Sequence record: SRR22947727_3605
DNA length: 46,537 nucleotides
Direction: 5' to 3' (one strand)
The notes below the pieces were generated by a model, which had not been told where the DNA came from, made no database searches, and saw only the letters and a program-made list of their open reading frames with translations. This document shows, one piece after another, positions 1 to 7,189 of the stretch. The number at the start of each line of letters is the position of its first letter. Position 1 is the first letter of the stretch. The position numbers and the translations under genes are program-made.

Positions 1-98
1 CTCGCGAAACATGCTCATCTCGTACAAGACTGCCTTTCCCAAATTTTGAATAATCGTGACAAGCGCAGCTCGCGCCCACGTCAAGGAAAGGTTGTTCA

Positions 99-518
99 GT
101 GAGAAAGTTTTTTAGCCCCGTGGGTTGGCTACTGTTCAGTACATTGTTCTGGGGAATGGGCGTCACGATGACGCTGTTCTTCACGGAAGAAGCGAATGCG
201 ACGGCAGGCTTGTCGACTGCTCCAGCAGATGTAGCGGCGTTAACGTGGTACGGGCTGGTTTTCACGGGTGGTTATCTCCTTGCGGCTGCAGGGATTGGGC
301 TGTTTACCCGGGGGTCAGCTCGCGCTCGACTCTCCTTTGGGCTCGGAGCAAGCGTCATTCTGTGGGTGCTACTTGGTCTGCTTTTCATCGTCGGTCCGGT
401 CGTGGGATACCAAAACTTTGCCCCAGATTTTGGCGTGATTCCTATGACTGCAGGGCTTGGATTGGTCATTTCAGGGCTGTTGCATTGGAACGACGACGAG
501 GTCCATACTAGCCAGTAA
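99..518 (+). CDS. Hypothetical membrane protein (about 4 TM)
   Basis: 139-aa ORF with four hydrophobic stretches; AAGGAAAGG RBS-like sequence upstream of the GTG. Confidence 0.65.
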   Translation: MRKFFSPVGWLLFSTLFWGMGVTMTLFFTEEANATAGLSTAPADVAALTWYGLVFTGGYLLAAAGIGLFTRGSARARLSFGLGASVILWVLLGLLFIVGPVVGYQNFAPDFGVIPMTAGLGLVISGLLHWNDDEVHTSQ

Positions 519-573
519 CAGGGACCGCTGAATTCACTGCGGTCGGAAACCGTTTCACAGAGAGGGAGCAATA

Positions 574-906
574 ATGCGCAAATATCTCACCCTAGGCAAC
601 TACACGTCGGAAGGATTAAAGGGGGCGAGAAACGATTCTTTCGCGACCCGAGAGGAAGCGATTCGCGATCTTGCGGACAAGGTTGGCGGAACAATCCACG
701 AATACGGATTTACATTTGGGGATTACGACTTTGTTGTTTTGGGTTCCTTTCCGGACGACCAGGCCGCCGCTGCCGTAGCCCTGGTGGCAGGCTCCACTGG
801 AACTGTCGAGGTGGTGACGATTCCGCTGATGTCTGCGGCGGAACTGGATGCCGCATCTGAGCTGGGGAATTCTGTCAGTTTCAAAGCCGCCGGACAGGCG
901 TCCTAA
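574..906 (+). CDS. GYD domain protein
   Basis: MRKYLTLGNYTSEGLKG...FTFGDYDFVVL...PDDQAAAAVAL matches the GYD family pattern; GAGGGAG RBS. Confidence 0.8.
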   Translation: MRKYLTLGNYTSEGLKGARNDSFATREEAIRDLADKVGGTIHEYGFTFGDYDFVVLGSFPDDQAAAAVALVAGSTGTVEVVTIPLMSAAELDAASELGNSVSFKAAGQAS

Positions 907-925
907 CCGAAGAGGAAGAGTCAAG

Positions 926-1309
926 ATGGTCAATGTTGAGGTGAAGTCCTTTTCAACTCCCGACACCATAAAAGAGTTGCCAGAGGGAACGGGTGAAGCG
1001 AGAACGGTGGAGTTCCACACGCGGTCTGTCACACAATTTAGGGTGTATCCAGGATGGCAGTGGTCTAAGCACATCAAGCCCCACGCCGGGACGGAATCCT
1101 GCCAGGTGCAACACCTTGGAGTGATTACGCAGGGGTGCTTGACCGTTCGGCATGACGACGGAACTGAGGCGTCATATGGCTCAGGTGACGCGTACTCCAT
1201 AATGCCCGGACACGACGTCTGGGTCGAGGGGGATGAGATTGTCGAGGGATACGAGTTTGCCGATACATGGACAGACTCCCTTCCGCAGTCCGTTCACGCA
1301 GAGCACTGA
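926..1309 (+). CDS. Cupin domain protein
   Basis: PGWQWSKHIKPHAGTESCQVQHLG...PGHDVWVEGDE cupin motifs; start moved to ATG 926 after the AGAGGAAG RBS. Confidence 0.8.
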   Translation: MVNVEVKSFSTPDTIKELPEGTGEARTVEFHTRSVTQFRVYPGWQWSKHIKPHAGTESCQVQHLGVITQGCLTVRHDDGTEASYGSGDAYSIMPGHDVWVEGDEIVEGYEFADTWTDSLPQSVHAEH

Positions 1310-1374
1310 TGACCCAATGGAAACCGTGAACGCAAATCCACTTATTCCGATTTAAAGAAAGGAACAACAACGTC

Positions 1375-1668
1375 ATGGGCTACATTCGCGTATCGATTAT
1401 GTCCCCGAAAGAAGGGAAGGAACTAGAGGTACGGGGGTTGTTCGAGAAGAACATAGCTCCCGCTATAGCCTCAGCGGTTGGTTTGGAGTCATCCGACGTC
1501 AACGTAACCGAGAGCGGCACGATCGTGAACATCGAGAGCTGGGAATCCGAAGGGGCCTGGGAGAGCCACCGGGATAACGTCACCGCTGACGCCGAAATGG
1601 TCGCTGAATTCCAAGGACTATTGGCGTCTTACTCAGACGAGAGTGGAACATCGCTCTTCACTGCATAG
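1375..1668 (+). CDS. ABM-like (dimeric alpha/beta barrel) small protein
   Basis: 97 aa; PKEGKE...IVNIESWESEGAWESH resembles the antibiotic biosynthesis monooxygenase fold; AAAGGAA RBS. Confidence 0.6.
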   Translation: MGYIRVSIMSPKEGKELEVRGLFEKNIAPAIASAVGLESSDVNVTESGTIVNIESWESEGAWESHRDNVTADAEMVAEFQGLLASYSDESGTSLFTA

Positions 1669-1700
1669 CCCTTCCGTGGTTCAACCATCGGGTCTATCCC

Positions 1701-1997
1701 ATGGTGGCGTGGGTTCTCGTCCACTTTGTGTTGGGAGCCCTGTTTGTCATGGCTTTTGGGATTGCCGGCCAGGGGTCAGGAGTGCCCCTGTTCATAATTT
1801 CCGTCGCTGAGACTCTCGGTGTGCTGTTGTTTGTTATGTCAACCCTTGATGACATGAAACGGCTCAACGAGGATATGGCTGAGGACTTTAGGTCAACCCG
1901 ATTCGGTTCGAACTTTGTCGGTTTTGAAGTCTTCGCCGTGATCTTCTCCATCCTCATCATTGCCGTGCCGGTAGCGCACGGTCTTCTGTTCCTATAG
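1701..1997 (+). CDS. Hypothetical membrane protein (about 3 TM)
   Basis: 98-aa hydrophobic ORF, co-oriented with the upstream small genes. Confidence 0.55.
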   Translation: MVAWVLVHFVLGALFVMAFGIAGQGSGVPLFIISVAETLGVLLFVMSTLDDMKRLNEDMAEDFRSTRFGSNFVGFEVFAVIFSILIIAVPVAHGLLFL

Positions 1998-1999
1998 CG

Positions 2000-2050
2000 A
2001 GAGGTTGAGTCGCCCGGGTCCTTACTTCCTTGGGGCCCGGGCGCAACTCT
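2000..2050. terminator. GC-rich hairpin between convergent genes, probable bidirectional terminator
   Basis: CGCCCGGGTCC (2011-2021) pairs with GGGCCCGGGCG (2033-2043), extended by GTTG/CAAC. Confidence 0.6.
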
Positions 2051-2056
2051 GCGGCT

Positions 2057-3448
2057 CTAGCGAGTTCGCTGGTGTGAGCGTCTGGCGGAGGTACTGGGCT
2101 GACCCGAGCTAGCTCGAGGTGGCCGAGCCGTCTTCCGTGCGGCATCCTGTGTGGGGCGAGCGCCATCGGCCCGTCGTGCTCTCTTCCGCTGGGCATTGGC
2201 ACCCGTTGACGTCCCACGATTTCGGCTTCCACCACCGTGTTGGTGGTGTTCGACCGGTGCGGGCTTCACATACGGTGCCACGTCACCAATCAGGGCAACA
2301 ACCTCTGGTGATGCAGCACTCACAGCGCGGGGCGTGACGGTAATGCCGGCTTTTCGCAGCAATGACGCAAGATCGCTCTTTTGGGTGGGCAAGCACAAAG
2401 TAATCACGTCACCTTGTGCTCCAGCGCGCGCGGTGCGGCCTGAGCGGTGTAGGTATGCCTTGTGCTCCATGGGGGGATCCACGTGAATGACGAGGTCCAC
2501 GTTGTCGACGTGAACACCACGGGCTGCCACATCTGTCGCAACAAGGACCTTGACAGAGCCATCGCTAAACGCAGCAAGGTTTCGATCCCTGGCTGGCTGC
2601 GACAGGTTTCCATGCAAATCGACGGAGGGAATACCTGCTTGCGTGAGAGCCTTCGCCAGTTTCTTGGCGTGGTGCTTAGTGCGCATGAAGAGGATTCGAC
2701 GCCCTGTCCCGGAGGCCAGTGCGTGGACGAGGTCCTTTTTCGCCTCAATGCTGGGGGTCTCGAACACGTGGTGGGTCATCTGGACGACGGGAGAGTTCTC
2801 CTCGTCCACAGCGTGCATGACCTCGTTGTGGAGGAAACGCTCCACGAGCTTGTTGACACCGTTATCCAGTGTCGCCGAGAACAGCAGACGCTGCCCTGAC
2901 GTTGGTGTGGCGTGGAGGATCTTGGTGACGACGGGCAAGAACCCTAAGTCAGCCATGTGGTCAGCCTCATCTAGCACGGTGATTTCAATGGCATCGAGGT
3001 GCAAGAGTCCTTGCTTCATGAGGTCTTCGAGTCGTCCTGGCGTTGCCACGACAATCTCCACGCCATCGCGGAGTGCTTGAACCTGACGTGTTTGTGACAC
3101 CCCACCAAAAATGGTGGTGACCCGAAGGTTCATGGCTTCCGCGAGCGGACGCATTGCCGTGGTGATTTGGGTTGCCAATTCACGAGTGGGCGCGAGGACG
3201 AGACCCAAGGGGCGACCTTTGCGCCTTGCGCCCCCGGAGAGTTCGCCGGAAAGCCTGGCAACCAGGGGAATACAGAAAGCCAGGGTCTTGCCCGAGCCTG
3301 TCTTTCCGCGACCAAGCACATCTTTGCCGGCAAGAGTGTCGGGGAGGGTGTCAACCTGAATGGGGAAGGGGGTATCAATACCTGCACGTGTGAGTGCAGA
3401 GACAATGCCCGCGGGCACGCCAAGGTGGGAAAAAGAGTTGGTGTACAT
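2057..3448 (-). CDS. DEAD/DEAH-box RNA helicase
   Basis: Q motif (PFPIQ), GKTGSGKT, PTRELA, TPGR, DEAD, SAT, ARG, HRSGRTAR; basic disordered C-terminal tail. Confidence 0.97.
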   Translation of the reverse strand: MYTNSFSHLGVPAGIVSALTRAGIDTPFPIQVDTLPDTLAGKDVLGRGKTGSGKTLAFCIPLVARLSGELSGGARRKGRPLGLVLAPTRELATQITTAMRPLAEAMNLRVTTIFGGVSQTRQVQALRDGVEIVVATPGRLEDLMKQGLLHLDAIEITVLDEADHMADLGFLPVVTKILHATPTSGQRLLFSATLDNGVNKLVERFLHNEVMHAVDEENSPVVQMTHHVFETPSIEAKKDLVHALASGTGRRILFMRTKHHAKKLAKALTQAGIPSVDLHGNLSQPARDRNLAAFSDGSVKVLVATDVAARGVHVDNVDLVIHVDPPMEHKAYLHRSGRTARAGAQGDVITLCLPTQKSDLASLLRKAGITVTPRAVSAASPEVVALIGDVAPYVKPAPVEHHQHGGGSRNRGTSTGANAQRKRARRADGARPTQDAARKTARPPRASSGQPSTSARRSHQRTR

Positions 3449-3626
3449 AGTTGTGGTGCTTTCTGGTGATGGTGATCATCACGTTGTGACAGGCGGAGCC
3501 TGACTGGGGGCGAGCACATCGAGTGATGTAGTCGTTCGCCGCAAGAAAATTATCAACCACTGATGTGGTGAGGGAGCGTTCTACGACGCAGGGAACAAGA
3601 ATTTGTTCACCGGTTCTTTGAGTGTA
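3449..3626 (-). promoter_or_regulatory. Promoter (-10 TACACT) and about 165-nt structured 5' leader of the helicase
   Basis: TACACT on the minus strand at 3621-3626; hairpins at 3593-3608, 3556-3569, 3516-3529 and 3466-3482. Confidence 0.5.
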
Positions 3627-3647
3627 GCGGATTGAGCGGAATTGAAC

Positions 3648-4724
3648 CTATGCTCTGCCCAGCACCTGCGCAGGAGGGCAATCGAAAGGATCTCGAGCAG
3701 CGAGACCGACTCGGTTCAGATACGCCACCACGATGCCGTAGGACTGGAAAAGTCCGGTCTCGGTGTAGGCGATTTTCTTTTCGGCGCAGAACTCGCGAAC
3801 GATGCGAGCAGCTTTGGCAAGTTTGGGCCTCGCCATGCTGGGGAAGAGGTGGTGCTCCACTTGGTAGTTGAGCCCGCCCATGAAGTGGTCCATGAAGAGC
3901 CCGCCGCGGATGTTACGGCTGGTCAGAACCTGGCGACGAAGGAAGTCGACCTTGATGCCCGCAGCGATCTGAGGCATGCCCTTGTGGTTGGGGGCAAAAG
4001 AGGCGCCCATATAGACACCAAAGAGGGCCATGTGGACTACAAGGAAAACCGCCGCGATATACCAGGGCATGAGAGCCAAGAGAATGAGGGGGTACCCGAT
4101 GTTGCGGGCAAGAAGCAGGGTGATTTCGGTCCCACGGTGCTTGAGCGGCTCTTTACTAAACACTCGACGGAACGCCTGAACGTGAAGGTTGAGGCCCTCG
4201 AGAGTCAGGATAGGAAAGAACAGCCAGCCCTGTCTCTTCACGAATGCTTTGGTGAAGCCTGACGTCTTGGCGGCTTTCTCCTCTTGGAACATGATGAAGT
4301 CAGACTCAATATCGGGGTCCTTGCCCACCGTGTTGGGGTTGGCGTGGTGACGAGTGTGTTTGCCCATCCACCAGGAGTAACTGATGCCGACGACCGCGTT
4401 GGCAAGGATTCTCGCGGTGTTGTCGTTAGCTTTGCCCGAGCTAAACACCTGACGGTGTGCCGCTTCGTGGGTGACAAAGGAGAACTGCGTCATGATGACG
4501 GCCATAACCGGTGCTAGAGCAATCTGGATCCAGGTGTTTCCGAGGAAATACATTCCGGTCAGAGTCGCCAGTAAAGACAGCGAGAGGATCACGATCAGGG
4601 TGATGTAGTAGGTGCGAGAACGCGCAAGTAGGCCCTCGTCCTTGATCCTGGTCAGGAGTTCGGCGAACTCTGAGGTGTAGGAGTGGGGGCGGGGGAGAGG
4701 ATGGTCGATGACCGCATTCGACAT
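3648..4724 (-). CDS. Membrane fatty-acid (acyl-CoA/acyl-lipid) desaturase
   Basis: His boxes HEAAH, HTRHH and QVEHHLFP (front-end type Q-box); TM segments. Confidence 0.95.
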   Translation of the reverse strand: MSNAVIDHPLPRPHSYTSEFAELLTRIKDEGLLARSRTYYITLIVILSLSLLATLTGMYFLGNTWIQIALAPVMAVIMTQFSFVTHEAAHRQVFSSGKANDNTARILANAVVGISYSWWMGKHTRHHANPNTVGKDPDIESDFIMFQEEKAAKTSGFTKAFVKRQGWLFFPILTLEGLNLHVQAFRRVFSKEPLKHRGTEITLLLARNIGYPLILLALMPWYIAAVFLVVHMALFGVYMGASFAPNHKGMPQIAAGIKVDFLRRQVLTSRNIRGGLFMDHFMGGLNYQVEHHLFPSMARPKLAKAARIVREFCAEKKIAYTETGLFQSYGIVVAYLNRVGLAARDPFDCPPAQVLGRA

Positions 4725-4937
4725 ATGGATCCTTGTTCGGACTGACTTCCCAGCCGAAGAAGAACCATTGACGGGCCCCTAGATGCTTTGACGCTAACAG
4801 GGGAGTCTTTCGATTGGCTGAACTTCAGGGGCCCGGCGGAATTAATTAACCCTGAGATATTCGCCAAATTGCCGGCTTGCTACCCCGCTAGCACTCTCTA
4901 TCAGGGGTACGGTAGGGGCAACCTCGAGGAGACAAGC

Positions 4938-5741
4938 ATGGCAAGACACACGAGAACTGTTGACCAGAAGATATCTCGCCTCCGGACCTACAACGTTGTT
5001 GCCGGATCACTTCACCTGCTCCAAGCCGTGGGGCTGGGCTATATCCTCTTTCTGCTCGAGGACCAGGTGACGTATGCAGTCACCGCCGACTACTTAGCCG
5101 GCCCTCCCGGTGTTCCCCTGCCACCCGAGCGAGTGGAGCTCTTCGACATCAACGTCGGTTTTGGCGTTGTCGCCTTCTTGGCCATGTCCGCGTTCTTCCA
5201 CTACTTGATCTCGTCTCCTCTGTTCTTCAAGCGTTACGCAGCGGGGCTGAAGCTCAATCGCAATTACTTCCGCTGGACGGAATATTCCCTGAGCTCCTCG
5301 GTCATGATTTGGCTCGTCGCTCAAATCACCGGAATCACGGATATCGCTGCCTTGTTCTCCATCTTTGCTGTCAACGCCTCCATGATTATGTTCGGGGCAC
5401 TTCAAGAGAAATACGAGCAGCCTGGCTCCGGTGGCTTCTTGCCCTTTGTCTTCGGGTCGATGACGGGGGTTGTGCCCTGGATTGTCATCTTGATTTACTT
5501 CCTGGCGCCAGGCTCAACCTCCGGGGTGGAAGCGCCTGACTTTGTCTTGGGAATCATCATTTCCCTCTTCCTGTTCTTCAACACCTTCGCAGTGAATCAG
5601 GCTCTGCAGTATCACCGCGTGGGCGGATGGAAGGATTACCTCCGCGGTGAGCGGATGTACATCACCCTCAGTCTGATCGCGAAGACTGCCCTGGCCTACC
5701 AGGTGTTCTCTGGCGCGATCATCCCTGCTCTCACGGATTAG
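4938..5741 (+). CDS. heR: Heliorhodopsin
   Basis: 267 aa, 7 TM; HLLQ, YLAGPPG, SAFFH, NYFRWTEYSLSSSVM (counterion E115), GERMYITLSLIAKT (retinal Lys249); GAGGAG RBS before ATG 4938. Confidence 0.96.
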   Translation: MARHTRTVDQKISRLRTYNVVAGSLHLLQAVGLGYILFLLEDQVTYAVTADYLAGPPGVPLPPERVELFDINVGFGVVAFLAMSAFFHYLISSPLFFKRYAAGLKLNRNYFRWTEYSLSSSVMIWLVAQITGITDIAALFSIFAVNASMIMFGALQEKYEQPGSGGFLPFVFGSMTGVVPWIVILIYFLAPGSTSGVEAPDFVLGIIISLFLFFNTFAVNQALQYHRVGGWKDYLRGERMYITLSLIAKTALAYQVFSGAIIPALTD

Positions 5742-5745
5742 CCCC

Positions 5746-6558
5746 GTGTCTGAAGCTGAGGAAAAGCTCGCGACGTTCCGCGAGCGCCGCAATCTCGCAG
5801 CGGTTCAACCCGAGGGGCCATTGGCACTGACCAACACCCAATGGGTCGATATGGAGCAAACGATCTGGGGCGTCCCCGGAACGTGGGCTCCGCGCGATGA
5901 TGGTGGCTCAGGACTTCTCGTGACCGCAGAGGCTTCGGACGGAGTTGTTGTCGACGGGGTTCTCGTGGATGGTCAGGCACTGGTCCGGGGCAAGGATGAC
6001 GACTCACCCTCCGCTGTTGTGTTCAGTGACACCGTGACCGGGCATGTCATCGCTGCGGATGGCGCCTATGCGCTTCGCGTGTGGGATTCCCAGTCGGAGG
6101 GCATTCAGAACTTTGGGGAGGTGGATGCCTTTCCCTATGCGCCAGAGTGGGTCATCACCGGCACATGGACAGAGATTCCTGGCGGAAAGAGTGTCGGGTT
6201 TGAGCATCTGAAGGACGAGGGTGTGGCCAGGGATGAAGTGGTTCCTGGCGAAATTACCTTCACCCACGCCGGTGTGGAATACAACATCGCGGCGTTCAAA
6301 GCGGGCAGAGCGCTCCAACTGGTGTTCTCAGATACCACCAACGGTGATTCGACCTATAGCGTCGGACGGTTCTTGTTCCTTGCCCCTAACCCCGATGGGT
6401 CCATCACCCTGGACTTCAACTACGCGATTCTTCCTCCGTGTGCGTTCTCCTACGCGTTCAATTGTCCGCTTCCTCCGGCACAAAACAGGTTCCCTTTCGC
6501 CATTGAAGCAGGGGAGAAGAATGTGCTCGCCAAAGATGGTTCTCTGCTTCACGGCTGA
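5746..6558 (+). CDS. DUF1684 family protein
   Basis: C-terminal FSDTTNG.STY.VGRFL...LDFNYAILPPCAFSYAFNCPLPPAQNR...IEAGEK signature. Confidence 0.9.
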   Translation: MSEAEEKLATFRERRNLAAVQPEGPLALTNTQWVDMEQTIWGVPGTWAPRDDGGSGLLVTAEASDGVVVDGVLVDGQALVRGKDDDSPSAVVFSDTVTGHVIAADGAYALRVWDSQSEGIQNFGEVDAFPYAPEWVITGTWTEIPGGKSVGFEHLKDEGVARDEVVPGEITFTHAGVEYNIAAFKAGRALQLVFSDTTNGDSTYSVGRFLFLAPNPDGSITLDFNYAILPPCAFSYAFNCPLPPAQNRFPFAIEAGEKNVLAKDGSLLHG

Positions 6559-6592
6559 GTCACACACTTGTAATTCTTAGGGTTCATAGCGC

Positions 6593-6685
6593 ATACTGGG
6601 AGCCGGTCTGAGGACCGGTGAGTCAACTACTCGGGTTATTCCGCGGTCGATGGGGAAGTCGAACCAACGGAATAAGGAGTAGACG
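6593..6685 (+). promoter_or_regulatory. -10 element and structured leader that sequesters the RBS of the DUF3145 gene
   Basis: CATACT 6593-6598; hairpin 6603-6618; stem 6627-6643 pairs with 6668-6682, covering AAGGAG. Confidence 0.55.
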
Positions 6686-7189
6686 ATGACAACCACCCGC
6701 GCTCGCGGTGTGCTTTTTGTGCACTCATCACCGCGCGCTCTCTGCCCCCACCTCGAGTGGGCTATTGGTAGCGCCCTGGGCTATCCGGTGAATTGTCGCT
6801 GGGAGGACCAACCAGTCCTGCCGGGAACACTGCGAGCAGAAATGGAATGGATGGGCCCAGTGGGCTCTGGTGCCGCTATTGCGAGCGCCCTGCGCGGTTG
6901 GGAGCATCTTCGATACGAGGTCACTGAGGAGCCCACCCCAGGTTCAGACGGGGGCCGGTGGATGCACACCCCCGATCTCGGAGTGTTCTTCGCGCAGACA
7001 GACTCTGCTGGAAACGTCGTGGTGCCTGAGGACCGCATTCGTTATGCACTAGAGGTGGCCCACGGTAACGCTGATGAGATATCCCGGGAACTTCGAGTTG
7101 CACTCGGTGGCGCGTGGGATGACGAACTTGAAGTGTTTCGCCGCGCTGGCGACACACGCTCCGTGGTGTGGCTCCACCGCGTTGGCTAG
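6686..7189 (+). CDS. DUF3145 family protein
   Basis: RGVLFVHSSPRALCPHLEWA...LRYEVTEEP...GAWDDELEVFR, a conserved actinobacterial protein found next to the fab cluster. Confidence 0.92.
   Translation: MTTTRARGVLFVHSSPRALCPHLEWAIGSALGYPVNCRWEDQPVLPGTLRAEMEWMGPVGSGAAIASALRGWEHLRYEVTEEPTPGSDGGRWMHTPDLGVFFAQTDSAGNVVVPEDRIRYALEVAHGNADEISRELRVALGGAWDDELEVFRRAGDTRSVVWLHRVG

Noticed and set aside
99-2050. Integron-like cassette array
   Set aside because: Spacers share only a 9-mer; no attC-like RYYYAAC...GTTRRRY structure and no integrase seen
3375-3560. 61-aa ORF in the helicase leader as a leader peptide
   Set aside because: No SD, no informative codon run, and it overlaps the helicase start out of frame; the RNA structure explains the region better
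4788-4937. 50-aa N-terminal extension of heliorhodopsin in the ORF track
   Set aside because: A strong GAGGAG SD precedes ATG 4938 and family similarity begins there; the extension crosses the promoter region
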